From assembly GCA_951406725.2 (NCBI GenBank), contig OX597825.1, positions 29,016,001 to 29,080,000 of the forward strand: a stretch of DNA of 64,000 nt. The letters run 5' to 3'. The notes under the pieces were generated by a model that saw only the letters and a program-made list of their open reading frames with translations, did not search any database and was not told where the DNA came from. This DNA comes from Octopus vulgaris (Eukaryota). The translations under genes and the position numbers were made by a program. This document shows, piece by piece, positions 1 through 14,240 of this stretch (positions within the stretch are counted from its first letter, which is position 1; each line of letters starts with the position of its first letter).

Positions 1-863
1 GTGTACATATATACACATGCATACACATATATGTATATATGTAGATGTTATATATGTGTGTTTTGTGTGCTTGTCCATATATATATATATATGTATGTAT
101 TTTTGTATGTATGTATGTATGTATGTATGTATGTATGTATGTATGTGTCTCAGAATCTCCTTAAGGGCAATTATATTTTCAGAAATATGTGCAGACGACC
201 TATAAAATTACTGAACGCCATTTTATTAAAAACTCAGAAAGCCTGATCTAATTTGCCTGAATAAAAGAACGCACACGCGCACACAGACAGAAACACAAGC
301 ACATAAACACAAACCCAGACAAACACACACACACACACACACACATACTGGCAAGCGCACACAATAAAGAACTTCGTCTTTCATATTTCTTAGTAAATTA
401 AATTTTTAGTTCTCAGCATTGGCACCAGTCTACGAATATAGCAGGAGAGGCCTAGCAGACGATTAAATCAACCCTAGAATCATAGAAAAGAAATACATAT
501 TGAAGAGCTATTTAGTCTAACGTAGCCATGTTTATGAAAGTCGGATCTAATTTGGTGGCAAAACAGCAAGAACTAAGAACTTTATCTGCTGCTCTTACTA
601 AGCATAATGATTATTTTTATAAAGTTTGGCACCGGCGAATATTTTATTTTCCATGGGTGAGGAACAGTCGAAGAAATCGATCCCAGAATGTATTTTTGTT
701 CAGGTACTTATTTTATCGATATTCACTAATCGAATTGTGAAGTTACGAATTTTTGTTTTACTTTTGGATTTATGAAGGAAGTTAATCCAGAAGACTGGTT
801 TACATCGGTAAACATAAACAAAGAAAAGGACAGACATTCATAGATGGGAAGATACTTACATAC

Positions 864-935
<72 letters not shown>

Positions 936-961
936 GTACGTACATGTATGTATGTATATGT

Positions 962-1280
962 GGAGGCGCAATGGCCCAGTGGTTAGGGCAGCGGACTCGC
1001 GGTCGGAGGATCACGGTTTCGATTCCCAGACCAGGCGTTTTGTGTGAGTTTATTGAGCGAAAACACCTAATAACTCCACGAAGCTCCGGCAGGGAGTGGT
1101 GGCGACCCCTGTTGTAATCTTTCGCCACAACTTTCTCTCGTTCTCTCTTCCTGTTTCTTGAGTAACGCTTCTATGGACTGGCGACCCGTCCAGCTGGGGG
1201 GAACATATACGCCACAGAAACCGGAAACCGGGTCCGTGAACCTGGCTAGGCTTGAAAAGGGCAACGTTTATTTATTTTTT
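962..1280 (+). mobile_element. tRNA-derived SINE, family A, full length
   Basis: Head GGAGGCGCAATGGCCCAGTGGTTAGGGC with A box and B box GGTTTCGATTCCC; same head at 13577, 40530 and 40990; ends in TTTA/T-rich tail. Confidence 0.85.
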
Positions 1281-1575
1281 ATGTATGTATGTATGTATGT
1301 ATGTATGTATGTATGTATGTATGTATGTATGTATGTATGTATGTATGTATGTATGTATGTATGTATGTATGTATGTATGTATGTATGTATGTATGTATGT
1401 ATGTATGTATGTATGTATGTATGTATGTATGTATGTATGTATGTATGTATGTATGTATGTATGTATGTATGTATGTATGTATGTATGTATGTATGTATGT
1501 ATGTATGTATGTATGTATGTATGTATGTATGTATGTATGTATGTATGTATGTATGTATGTATGTATGTATGTATG
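1281..1575. repeat. (TATG)n microsatellite, ~295 bp
   Basis: Perfect tetranucleotide array; source of the MYVC/HTYI ORFs. Confidence 0.98.
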
Positions 1576-2027
1576 CATGCATGCTACAAAACATTTTCTA
1601 GACGTTAGATCTCCAAATTAGGATCCTATTTACAGCAATATTAAACCTCCGGCAAAAGCGATGTACTGGTACCTCTATAAAAAAAGACATACATTGGTTA
1701 GAAGTGAGTCCCCAGGCATATGAGGCCCCAGGGAACAGCTTGATGTGCCTGTGCTTTAACAGGGCACTGATGAAAATGTGTCCGGCGCACTTTCTGTAAC
1801 TGTCTTTTTCGTTTTTTTTTTGGGGGGGGGGATGAGTATCCCATCGATAAAAAAAAAAAGCCAAAGACTTTCTTGTTGAATTTAGAAGAGCTGAAATTCA
1901 TGATATTGCGCTCCAGAACCAATAAGGATCTGTTCACTACCCAACTTGCTGGTACCTATAGCTGACTCTGCTCAAATTTGCTACCAATGTTATATATATA
2001 TATACATGCCCTCCATTTTCTTTTTAT

Positions 2028-2125
<98 letters not shown>

Positions 2126-2169
2126 TAGGCATTATTGGCGCATATATATATACGTAAAATTAGAACATT

Positions 2170-2410
2170 TGAATGAGTGCTCAACACTGGATTGGTGAAT
2201 AAATGATTTCTTTATTTATGAATTAAGGCTACCATTGGTTTCATGTTCAGAAGAGTCGGAAAATATCTAAGTATTTTAATTTTTCAGGCCAATCACATGG
2301 AGAAAGTTGTTCGCCTCCATGTGATCGGCTTAAAAACTTCTTAAGATACTCGGATATCTTCCCTCTCTTCTTAATATGAAACCAATGGTAGCTTTAATTT
2401 ACGAATAAAG
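2170..2410. mobile_element. Fold-back element in TA-rich microsatellite, probably a Penelope-type terminal-repeat remnant
   Basis: 2210-2410 is an imperfect palindrome (CTTTATTTATGAATTAAGGCTACCATTGGTTTCAT ... ATGAAACCAATGGTAGCTTTAATTTACGAATAAAG); leader GAATGAGTGCTCAACAC..ATTGGTGAATAAAT recurs at ~59189. Confidence 0.6.
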
Positions 2411-2465
2411 TATATATATATTTTATATATATATGTGTGTGTTTGTGTGTGTGTGTGTATGTGTG

Positions 2466-2496
<31 letters not shown>

Positions 2497-2638
2497 ATGT
2501 ATGTATTGACGTATATATATATATAAATATATACACGTCATATACAGGTATATATACAGTTAATATACATACGCACACACACACACAGGTACGCATTTAA
2601 ATATATAAACATACATGTATATATACGACATGCATATG

Positions 2639-2686
<48 letters not shown>

Positions 2687-3240
2687 TACATGTATATATG
2701 TAAATGCATACACATACATGTTAATATATTTTTTGCTCTCACACTTTCACATACACACACATCATAAGCATATGCGTATATATGCGTATTTATACATACC
2801 GGCATATATTTTGTTTACCATTAGCCATTATATTACTGAGTGTATATAAAGCGAACAGCTGTGTATATTTAAGAGTCTCTCAAACAGGCAACACCTTCCT
2901 TATCATCACTTACTAATTGATATTAAGTTTTATATTCAGATTTCGGAAACGTACCTTTTGTTTGTAAGAAGCATTGGATGTAAGGAAATAAAATTAAATG
3001 GCTCGTAAACATAAATTTCTCCCCACTTCTCTCCCGCCTACTCTCTCACTCGTACATTATCAGGCTTTCTCTCTCCCTCATTCTATCTTTCCCTCCTGCT
3101 CTCTTTTGCTTCACCAATCTCTATATCTCTCATTCCCTCTCTCTCATTCCCTCTCTGTTATTCTGTTTTATACCCTTATACTTTCTTACTTTATGTATAT
3201 GTATGAATGTGTTTTCTGTGTCTGTGAGCGTATAAGCTCG

Positions 3241-3292
<52 letters not shown>

Positions 3293-3351
3293 AAACATGT
3301 ATATTTATATATATATATATGCTATTTATACGCATGCATATACATTTATAT

Positions 3352-3692
3352 GTTGCTGAGTGGTAAGAAGCTTGCTTTCCAACTGCATGGTTCGAGGTTC
3401 GGGGTTCAGTCCCACTGCGTAGCAACTTGGGCAAGTGCCTTCTTCTATGGCATCGGGCCGACTAAAGCCTTTTGAATGGACCTGGTAGATGGAAACTGAA
3501 AGAAGCCCCATAAGTCTATGTGTGTGTGTCCCTTTGTGTCAGTATTCGTCCCCGCTATCAACGCTAGACAATCAGTGATGGAGTGTTTATAATCCTATAA
3601 CCTAGCGATTCGGCAAAAGCGACCAACAAAATAAGTACCTGGCTATAACAAAATAATAATGATAATAATAATAATAATTATAATATTAATAA

Positions 3693-3742
<50 letters not shown>

Positions 3743-3835
3743 AGTATTGGGGTCGATTCATTCAGCAAATAAAAATTCTTCAAGTCGGTGTCCCAGCTTG
3801 GTCGCAGCTTTATGACGGAAACAAGTAAAAGATAA
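3352..3835 (+). mobile_element. tRNA-derived SINE, family B (CORE-like central domain), diverged
   Basis: GGGTTCAGTCCCACTGCGT..CTTGGGCAAGTG..CTTCTA; internal (GT)n and (TAG)n; tail GAAACAAGTAAAAGATAAAA. Confidence 0.8.
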
Positions 3836-4511
3836 AAATTTTACATACATACGCATATACATTTATCTACCTATACCTGTGTGAGTGTGTATGTATATAT
3901 ACATATAATTTCTTTATTCTTCTGCATGTCTCAGCCCTAAGGCTATGGCCATGCTAGAGCACCACCAGTAATAATGTGAGTATATATCATGAGAGTGTCA
4001 TTTTCGATGTATATACACCTAGTGTTTCGACCAGCTTACTCAATGAAATAGCGTGAGAAGTGCTCGATTATACAAGGCACGTAAATATATAACATAATGA
4101 AGACATAACATAACACAATAAAAAAAAAAGGCATCGGAGGAGCGATGCATACTTTGAGCGCAGATAAACTTTTTTCGCCCGTTATATTGTGACTTACAAT
4201 GAGTGGTTTCTCCATGTTTTTTATTGAACTGAATTAAGTTTTTTTTTAAGTATCACAATTATAAGTATTCATATTCCGGTGAAATTAAGAAATTAACTCG
4301 TAAATAAACGAAAATCTCGAATCCATCATTGTAAACGCATGCGCGCGCGCACACACATACATACACATACACAGTCGCATATCTATGTATTTATGTATGT
4401 ATGTATGTATGTACGTATACGTGTCTACGAGCATAGGTACACCATGATCTAACACACGCAGACGAGGAACGATCCGTATGAAAAAGAAAGTGAACAAAAT
4501 AATGCGACCAC

Positions 4512-4680
4512 TTGCTTCAAATCAAATGCTCATCATTTCGAGTCACTCACTCGATGAGAATTTCTGCCAAATGTGGTGATAATCCGTTCAGCCGTTTTCC
4601 AGTAACTTTGAAAACACAGACAAACAGACGAAGACGAGTGATTACAACACACTGCTTTCGCTTACGTGCGCAGGGTAATA
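4512..4680 (+). mobile_element. Non-autonomous Helitron/Helentron-like end fragment
   Basis: AAATGTGGTGATAATCCGTTCAGCCGTTT...ACAGACAAACAGAC followed by a subterminal hairpin-like CTTTCGC..GCGCAGGGTAAT; pattern recognition only. Confidence 0.45.
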
Positions 4681-5338
4681 CTACTCAAGCTGAATGAGCG
4701 GGAGAAATCTGGAATTTCAAATTACCAATTCACTCCACCGACCGCCGTCTACATAGTTTCTGTCTATTGACGACGCTTAGTTCAAGCCTAGACTACGACA
4801 GCAGATGTACCTGCCCACCATGACACTAAGTGGAATTGAACCCACCACTCATGTTTGTGAAGCGAAATTGTTTTCCCGTTCATACATACACACACGCATA
4901 CACATACACACACACAACCATTCTCTCTTATCTGTTTATTTGCTGCCACAATTCTTCATCTTGGTATTCTTTCAGAACCAAGTTTCTAATTTTTACTTTT
5001 TAATTCACCTGAAGAAAACAGTTTTTAACACGATGCAATTGGATTATTCGTCAACGAAATATAAAAAAAAAAACGTCTGAAACAGCTGTAGTGAAACTTA
5101 ACCTGTTTGTGTTCTTTATACATACATAAAAATACATACATACATACATAAATGCAAGCATACATACAAACATATATGCATACATGCATACATATATATA
5201 CATACATACACATATATATATATATATATACACACACACGCATACACACACACATATATATATATACATATAAGCATACATACATGTATATATATATATA
5301 TATGTATATATCAGCATACGCACATGTATATATGTATA

Positions 5339-5382
<44 letters not shown>

Positions 5383-5822
5383 CTTATACATATACGCATA
5401 CACGCACACACGCGCACACACACATGGAAACAAAGATACACACAGATGCACGCACGCAAACATACACGTGCATACCGATAAACGAACTGCTGCAAAAAAT
5501 ATGAAAGAAAGACAAAAACCAAAAACCATAGCAATAAACAAACACAAACCGCCAAACACATACTTTGCTAAACACCCCGACAAAACCTTCTATGTATATG
5601 CATACACTTATCAACACAGTACCGGGTTCAAGTTTGCCTTTCATAATTTCAAAGCCGATAAATTAAGTACCAAACATGTTGAAGGGTCGATTATATCGAC
5701 CCTAACACTATTGCAGAATTTCTGATCTAGTGATAATCAATACAAAGTAAAGATCGCAAATGAGATGTGTCGATTTTATAGTGAGTTGTAATATTAGTTG
5801 GGTTTCAGATGAAAACAGCCTA

Positions 5823-5933
<111 letters not shown>

Positions 5934-6043
5934 ATGTGTGTGTGTGTATATGTGTGTGTGTGTATGTATTGATATGTATAAATATATATAGGTATGTACA
6001 TACATATGTATATATCCATATGTCTCTAAGTATATATATATAT

Positions 6044-6108
<65 letters not shown>

Positions 6109-6206
6109 GATATATGTACATACATATATACATATATGTATATATATATACATATGTATATATACACATACGTACATACATTTATATGTATGTTTGTATA
6201 TATTTA

Positions 6207-6248
<42 letters not shown>

Positions 6249-6526
6249 CACACACATATATATATATATACACATACATATATATAAGTAGATATGTTAT
6301 AAATTATGCTATCTATCTATATGTATGTTGTGTGTGTGTTTGTGTATATTTGTGGGTGCGTGCGCGTGCGCGTGCATACACGATACTGAGTCATTACTAT
6401 CCGTAAAGCAGTAATAAATTTTGTTCCTGTTACCGAGGAAAATCGTTAGAGGCGCATCGTTAGAAATCAACACTACTTTGTACTTTTGAAGTAGTGGCGT
6501 TAATTTGTCCTTTTATTACATTAGCA

Positions 6527-6960
6527 ATGATTGCTCTGCTTTCTGATTACTCTAAAGAATAGAATGGTTTAAGTATCTACTTCCTGCGGTATTGAGACCG
6601 ATATCCATGAAATGCTTTCCGTGCAACGGCATACTCTGTCTTTCGACACAGCGGTTGTCTAGAAACGTATAGAAAATTCCCAAATCTTTCAGCTGAACGT
6701 CACACATCAAGAAAATACTGGATGCCCGACCATGATTTGTGTTGGTAATAACGCCATTAAACTACTCCATGGTTTAGTTTAGGGGAAGCGACCTCTTGCT
6801 ATTGAGGAAATGACAATTAACGGTAAATGAAACATGGTTCTGAAGATTCTGTTTGTGTAGTCAGTCATCCACGACAGAAAGGGATTTAGTGAGGATTGTC
6901 CAAAATAGCTCTCCAAGTATTGCAGAAACAAAATAGTTGTAAGATCTGCCCACGATATAT
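6527..6960 (+). pseudogene. Highly decayed mariner-like transposase, N-terminal part
   Basis: Pieces MIALLSDYSKE*..SIYFL, DIHEML, GCPT, HGS and LQVLQKQNSCKIC occur in mariner N-terminal order; stops and frameshifts. Confidence 0.45.
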
Positions 6961-7104
6961 TGATCGCTACATTAACGATAGTGTGATCCAGATAAAAAAA
7001 TCTCCGTCAGTAAACATTGTTATTTAGTGCATTGCGGACAATTAGTAACTCAGTCACGTAGACATGTATATATATATGTGTAGTGGTGGTGGTGTAGTGG
7101 TGGT

Positions 7105-7162
<58 letters not shown>

Positions 7163-7261
7163 TGTGTGTGTTTTTGTTTATGTGCGGACAATTAATAGCT
7201 CAACCACGTAGAAATGTAAAGTGTATGCGTATGTGTGGATATATATATATATATATATATT

Positions 7262-7683
7262 AATAAATAAAACATATGCATATATGTATACATATATGTA
7301 CGTACCTACCTCTCCATGTATATATGCACGCATATATGAGTACAGGACACCAAAAAAAAAACGTCGAACACAATGAGAAACGAAAACATAAACACAAAAC
7401 CAAGGAACTGAACATTTTTCTTAAACAACAAAAAAATAGAGTACAGGACAAATAACACAAGGAAAATTCCCCTTCTTCAGTCGCCATGGTTTCATCTACT
7501 CTGCGTTTCGAAGGTGAAGGCGATACGCATCTTCGATAGAAACTTTCCTTCCTGCGAAAAGCAAATCAAATAAAATTTGAGATCTTTTCGCAGAGGGGTG
7601 AAAATGGTAACAAAAACAGGACAGTAACGACAGTACAAAATATAAACAGTAAAAGACAGGACAAGGAGAATAACAAGACAAGA

Positions 7684-7686
<3 letters not shown>
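7262..7686 (-). mobile_element. Penelope-type terminal-repeat remnant between (TA)n arrays
   Basis: Non-coding block bounded by (TA)n on both sides; minus strand carries GAAACG and CTGAAGA motif pieces near 7470-7515. Confidence 0.45.
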
Positions 7687-7745
<59 letters not shown>

Positions 7746-8072
7746 TATTGTATAAGGAGTTGGGTATATCATCTGTATACCTGTATATGAAGTCATAGTA
7801 CCGGGAAACATCTCCAGATATTCTTCTTTTGTGTGTGTGTATGAAAAGAGTAAAATGTAGCTGGATATTTCTTCACAGCTGGCTTAAAGCCTGTAGCTAG
7901 CTTACGTTTTCTGATACACCGTCTGCCGTGCTCAAATATTCATTAAATATTAAATCACGCGGCTCGCAAATGTCTGTATGCGAATTTCTCTAGCCGTTTA
8001 AGTTAAGTTCCATTTGCTATAAATTGTCTTGGCTGAAGCAGAAATAAGCGAGCAATGTTGACGAGCATTCAA

Positions 8073-8362
8073 CAGGCGCAGGAATGACTGTGTGGCAAGA
8101 AGTTAGCTTCCCAACCACATGGTTCCGGGTTCAGTCCCACTGCGTGGCACCTCGGGCAAGTGGCTTCCACTATAGCCTCGGTCCGACCAAAGTTTGACAG
8201 CTGATGCTAGTGTGTTTACGTCCTCGGATCTTAGCAGCTCGGCAAAGAGACCGATAGAATAAGTACTAGGCTTACAAAGAATAAATCGTGGGGGCGATTT
8301 GTACGACCAAAGCGGTGCTCCAGCATGGCTGCACTCAAATAACTGAAACAAATAAAAGAATA
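8073..8362 (+). mobile_element. SINE family B, internally deleted
   Basis: GGCGCAGGAATGACTGTGTGG head, CCTCGGGCAAGTG, and tail GGCAAAGAGACCGATAGAATAAGTACTAGGCTTACAAAG. Confidence 0.85.
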
Positions 8363-8606
8363 ATGACTGTGAAACGGAGTAGAGTTAACTCTTATATTTT
8401 CAGGTATATAAAGAGAATAACACGATGCATTTACATCCGTTTAAAGTTATTCAGCGAAAGTCTTAAGATCCGTAGTTTAACTATTTACATTTCTCTTAGG
8501 TTTCCTATTACACTTTGTAGTGTGGTCAAATTTTTATTAAGAATTTGTGTTTGCCTGCTTATAGGAATGCACGTACAAACATGAATATATACATACATAC
8601 ACACAT

Positions 8607-8664
<58 letters not shown>

Positions 8665-9336
8665 CTTTTATTTCAAATCTCTCTGCATTCGGTTGCTTAT
8701 TTCGTGAACGTTTGATATTCACTATTTTTAATCATTCGCTATAATACGATTTCATTTTCTGATCTTTGCAAAAATTATCGGTGCTGTCTGAAACATTAAT
8801 CCAGTTAATTTTCCTTCCAAATTAAGAAATAGAAAACTAAATCGTTTATTGCCATTTTATTAACTCCAAAAGCACCGATCACTGATCTTCATAATATAAA
8901 GTTGTTAACCTTCGTTAAGTTTCAAAGTTTCACATTCATAAAGAATCAATGACCAGATCGTAGGCAATGCTCGTGAGGATATTTTCACCTTGATTACACG
9001 TTTTATTTATTATTCAAGATCTGTTTTTTACCCTCATCCTTGCTTCTCTCTTTTCATTCTACACCCTATTTTGAAGAAGGTGGAATATGTCCAAAAAGCT
9101 ATTTTAATAAATGTTTCCCATTTGTATGAGCATCAGACTAATATTTTTGTGATTTCGTTCTTGTCCCATCATTATTTATGGGTGAGCGTGTGTTGACTTT
9201 CGCTACAAACATACACAAACATTCACACACATATATAGGTTGATATATATGCGTGTGTATATGTATGTGTGTGTGCATGTGTGTGTGTGTGTGTGTGTGT
9301 GTACATGTAATGCAGATATACACGCATGTATATACA

Positions 9337-9554
9337 TACGAGGGGATGCTGAAAAGTTCCTGGCTTTGGGTAAAAGAAAATACGAGAGGTTCAGTTAATT
9401 ATGATTTTAGTCAACTTATTCACCTCTCAGATTCATTCAATTATTGCAACGGTCCTTCAGTTTTAGGAGCCCCTGTAAAAGAACTCGGAAGGTTGGGTTT
9501 CCAACCAGGCCTTTCACGACACCCTTAAAGTTTGGAACATATCAGCACGTGTAA

Positions 9555-9557
<3 letters not shown>
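9337..9557 (-). mobile_element. Mariner-derived MITE / deletion derivative
   Basis: TIR TACGAGGGGATGCTGAAAAGTTCC with partial counterpart GGAACATATCAGCAC; minus strand reads DRCNN*MNLRGE*VD*, like a mariner C-terminus; TA context. Confidence 0.6.
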
Positions 9558-9617
<60 letters not shown>

Positions 9618-9624
9618 CGAGCAA

Positions 9625-9735
9625 ACCCCCACCCCGTCCAATGGACGGTGCTGAGTTGTCAAACATTTAAACCAAATTTTCTCAAAACAACTTGTCCAAC
9701 CGTCCCATAGGCTCCCCCTTTGAGAAACACTGATT
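9625..9735. mobile_element. Possible hAT-type MITE end
   Basis: Ends in TTTGAGAAACACTG, the reverse complement of a CAGTGTTTCTCAAA hAT-like TIR; partner TIR not seen. Confidence 0.3.
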
Positions 9736-9799
9736 TAACCTAAATTTGAGACACCAGCGAAAGAAAAAAATAAAGATAGACTTTTTTCTATTCCAAGAA

Positions 9800-9999
9800 A
9801 AACGATTTTACAAATGCACTTTCCCACGGCTTTACCGATCGCATTCTCACCTGGAATCGATTTTTGTAATTTTTCAAGACATATACACGTCCTGATACCG
9901 TCGGTATCTACATATCAAATTTGAGCGCAATCGGATGGAGGATGCCCGAGATCCTAGAAGACACACACACACAGACAGAACGGATTTTACATAATAGAT
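9800..9999 (+). mobile_element. Non-autonomous Helitron-like 3' fragment
   Basis: CAAATTTGAGCGCAATCGGATG...ACACACACAGACAGA..TTTTACATAATAGAT layout typical of microsatellite-carrying helitrons. Confidence 0.45.
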
Positions 10000-10889
10000 G
10001 TGTGTGTTTATACATTTATACACACTCACACACATACAGAGATAGATAGATGGAGAGAGAGAGGGGGGAGAGTACAGACATGCATAGATAAAAACTACAA
10101 TAGATCCCTAGGACAAATATACACACATATGTATATAATACTTACACACGCACAAAAGATAGCAAACAATATGATGTGAACAAAACTACTGACAAAGATC
10201 TGCATCAATAGTCCGAACGAGAGACAACTGGCTATTGCGCTTATTTGCTCCAGCTCGGCACAGATGCTATAAAGCAACAGTATATATATATCTTTCAAAG
10301 AAAGCAGAAAGCAAAGTAGTGGAAGAAACCGTCTACATAAAAGCACGAAAACAAGTGACAGGCCTGCCATTAGAAATAGTGAAAAGGTATGAACAAAGGC
10401 GATATTTTCATGGCCGAACGATGCTTAGAACTAGACAAAACAGTCTAAAGAGCAATGAAAATACAAAGCAGCAAAAATCTACAAGTCAAAATAGAAATAC
10501 AGGAGAAGTTTACTTCAAGAACAATATTGGTCGCAATCTTTTGTAAATTCATGAACTGGAAGGTAATAGCCGGAACACTGTTCTAATCCTCAGCCGTCTC
10601 ATTCCAGCCAATAAATAATGCCTGTTAATTCTTCTGTAAATATTTTCAAAACTAAAGTTAAAGGCAAGACTTCATGATCTACACGAACAAGAGTCTGACA
10701 CATGCTTTCAATACACCATTTTTTGGCTTCTATATACGTTTGACTCAAACAGAGACACACACTATAGGAATACATTAGCTTATTCTTTATTGTGTGTGTG
10801 TGTGAGAGAGAGAGAGAAAGAGAGAGAGAGAGATGTGTTAGATGGAATATATGTTTGTTTGCACATAGTGTTCAACTTAAGCATATTTT

Positions 10890-11240
10890 CGCCTTTAACC
10901 CTCCAACGCAGAGTATAGGCCACTTATACTTAAATTCCATGTCGCATAATTTTTCGCTTCTGTACTTATACTCTGCCATGAATGTTCCCCTTTTTCTAGT
11001 TCCTTTTGTGTTGATCTCCACCACGAGTTCTTAGGCCTACCTTTCTTTCTATATCCATTCGGTTTCCACTGTAAAGCACTTTTCGCTACATTTAGTGTGT
11101 TTTTCTAATTGTGCTACCAATCCACTTCCACTTTTTCTTAAATATTTGCTCCCTAATCGAAACTTGATTTGTTCTTTGCCATAGCTCCATATTGCTTATG
11201 TGTTCGAGCCATCAAATTTTAAGTATACTTCGCAAGCATA
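10890..11240 (-). pseudogene. RTE-clade LINE ORF C-terminal remnant
   Basis: Minus strand CLRSILKI*WLEHISNMELWQRTNQ..KKKWKWIG..ALQWKPNGYRKKGRPKNSW matches the RTE C-terminal region. Confidence 0.8.
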
Positions 11241-11345
11241 ATATTTAAATATAATTCTTCTTGTCTGCTTATCTGTCTATATATCACCCTATGATTATTC
11301 CTGTGTATCTATTTCACGTTTACCGATATACCTAGGTTCTTACCA

Positions 11346-11421
<76 letters not shown>

Positions 11422-11557
11422 GATTGGCTATATATATGTGTCTATCTATTTTATCTATGGATCTCTCGGTCACTCAATCAATCAGTCACATCATTCAGAA
11501 GCCCACACGCCTCACTGAGTTTGCTGTTGGGAGCTGCACAGCTGTAGCAGCAGCATC

Positions 11558-11609
<52 letters not shown>

Positions 11610-11846
11610 TTAAATTCGTCAATAATCATTCTGCTAATGACGTTGACGGTGTTACTAATACTGATGAGGTGAAGTGGGGGTGGATTATGAGAGTGACGTT
11701 GATGTGACTGGAGTTGTGCGTAATATTGTTGGGGTTATGTTTTACTTGTAGTTGTTTTTTTTGGTTATTGTTATTGCTTACAGTTTTCTCGTTTGAGGAT
11801 GAGAACAAAATATCGTTTCCTATCAATACAATCACCACCCGTCCAC

Positions 11847-11877
<31 letters not shown>

Positions 11878-12154
11878 ATGTAATACGCACACGCACACGG
11901 ACATATACACATACACGCACAATCATGCAAAGAATCATGCGCATACAAAGAGAGGAAAGGAGAGAGAGAATAAGAGAGAGAGGAAGAGATATTGAGGCCA
12001 CTTCATACACTAATAAACATACACACACGTAGACACACGCAGACACACGCAAACACATACGCATACTCTTGCATTGAAGCTTAAATGCAAACATAAAAGT
12101 ATAAACACGCGCGTACATTCAGGCACTTCTCCATACGGCTAACAGTCATATTCA

Positions 12155-12194
<40 letters not shown>

Positions 12195-12314
12195 TACGCT
12201 TATATATATTTATACACATACAAACATGCAGGTGTACACACACTCGTACATGCACACATGCATACATACATACATACATGCATACATACATACATACATA
12301 TACACATGCATATA

Positions 12315-12494
12315 GGCGTAGGAGTGGCTGTGTGGTAAGTAGCTTGCTTACAACCACATGGTTCTGGGTTCAGTCCCACTGCGTGGCACCTTGGGCAAGT
12401 GTCTTCTACTATAGCCTCGGGCCGACCGAAGCCTTGTGAGTGGATTTGGTAGACGGAAACTGAAAGAAGCCCGTCATATATATGCATATATATA

Positions 12495-12534
<40 letters not shown>

Positions 12535-12752
12535 TGTGTGTGTGCGTGCGTGTGTGTGTCTGTGTTTGTTTTCCCAATATCGCATGACAACTGATTGTTG
12601 TATGTTTACGCCCCCGTCACCTAGCAATTCGGCAAAATAGACCGATAGAATAAGTACTAGGCTTACAAAGAATAAGTCCTGGGGTCGATTTGCTCGACTA
12701 GAGGCGGTGCTTCAGCATGGCCACAGTCACATGACTTAAACAAGTAAAAGAG
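12315..12752 (+). mobile_element. SINE family B, full length
   Basis: GGCGTAGGAGTGGCTGTGTGGTAAG head, CCTTGGGCAAGTGTCTTCTACTATAGCC, internal (TA)/(GT)n, complete tail. Confidence 0.9.
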
Positions 12753-13576
12753 TATGCATGTTATGCACAATAATATACACGCATACATATACAATCTCTC
12801 TCCCTCTCTCTCTCTCTCTCTCTGTACACACACACACATGCATATATACACTACCTTTCCTTCAAACACTATTACACATACGAACGCTCACAAATGCACA
12901 CAAATACACACATATACACACAAACACAATGCACAGATGCAAGCGCGCATGCTCAAAGACACACACACACGGATGCACAGAGAAATACAAGAAGATATCA
13001 CAATTTTAGAACGAAAATAGAAGGAAAAAATATCAAATAAATCTATTGAAAATTCGATCATCATTCGAAACCTCATCTCCAAAGCAACGTGTGTGTTTTG
13101 TGTTACATTGCTGAAATGTCTGATGTACCTTGATACTTTGATACCTAAGGTTTCAGCTATGCAGTTGTGCAGTCGGAGAGGAATGAGATGAGAGTGGGCG
13201 AGGTGGCGGGGTGGGTGATTCGGTCGTTCTATTTCACATCTGGTGAAAGAAGATGACGTTCGGTGGCAGGATCTCAAGTAAAGTAATCACATTTAACCAA
13301 AGAACAACAACAACAACAACAACAAGAATATTGACGACAGCAACAGAAATAGCAGCAGCAGCAGCAACAACAACAACAACAACAACAAAACAGCACCAAA
13401 AACATCAAGAGAATGTTGATGAAGACAACAAATATCAGCGACATCAAGAATATCGAGAAGCCGCAGCAAAAGCATAGAAGGCAAGTTACAACCGCAGCTG
13501 TAGCAAGAATTACAATAACGGCAATTGCAAAGAAAGACTGAAGCCCAATGGCAACAACAACAACAACAACAGCAGT

Positions 13577-13770
13577 GGAGGCGCAATGGCCCAGTGGTTA
13601 GGGCAGCGGACTCGCGGTCGTAAGAACGCGGTTTCGATTCCCAGACCGGGCATTGTGAGTGTTTACTGAAGAAAAACACCTAAGCTCCACGAGGCTCTGA
13701 CGTGGGGTAGTGGTGGACCCCGCTGTATTCTTTCACCACAACTTTCTCTCACTCTTTCTTCCTGCTTCTG
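13577..13770 (+). mobile_element. SINE family A, 3' truncated
   Basis: Near-identical to 962-1160. Confidence 0.85.
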
Positions 13771-13959
13771 CCACAAACCAGAGGAACCATGGTGTAACCT
13801 ACTATGGTGTGGTAAACTTTCAGACCCTAGTCTAGATTGCGAATCCTCTATACCCCGGGATGGTTCAGCTCTCCAGCCGTTAAAAGCCACCGTTTACGGA
13901 ATGATTAGTTTTAGCTGCGATTTCTAAATTTCGGTATGTGATGAAGCAAACTTTTTGAC

Positions 13960-14240
13960 ACTGTATTCAACATCGATGAAGCTGTGAATTACCCAGTTGA
14001 ATTCTTGAACAGTCTAACAACACCCAGCTTCTCACCTCACAACTTGCACCTTAAGATTGGGGCACATACTAGAGGATCATTGTTGATTTGCACAAGGTTT
14101 TCCCATGAGTCTTACACTTTTCCCGCTAGAATTCCATCCAAAGGGCATGAAAGAATGTACGGAGAAGTGATATTTGTCTCCAAGACAAATGGCAGAATTG
14201 AAAGCACTGAGAAAATCCGCTCCTCACAAAATTTATAGGG
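13960..14240 (+). pseudogene. Helitron RepHel (PIF1-family helicase) remnant
   Basis: DEAVNYPVEFLNSLTTPSFSPHNLHLKIGA is the PIF1 YPxEFLNSL..PPHxLxLKxG motif; degenerate FSH motif follows after an apparent deletion. Confidence 0.75.

Noticed and set aside
962-1035. Functional tRNA genes at SINE heads
   Set aside because: They continue into shared SINE bodies and lack complete cloverleaves.
1158-1621. Long MYVC/HTYI ORFs, and all [12 protein letters not shown] and poly-I/L ORFs elsewhere
   Set aside because: Translations of microsatellites.
7030-7220. Direct repeat TGCGGACAATTA..CACGTAGA around (GT)n as a TSD
   Set aside because: About 38 bp and diverged; more simply an old local tandem duplication.
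7470-7520. Type II hammerhead on the minus strand
   Set aside because: CTGAAGA and GAAA are present but the stems and UH site could not be paired convincingly.
10100-10600. Penelope GIY-YIG tail (VVEETVYIK) and a decayed hammerhead near 10555
   Set aside because: Resemblance too weak to support without a search.
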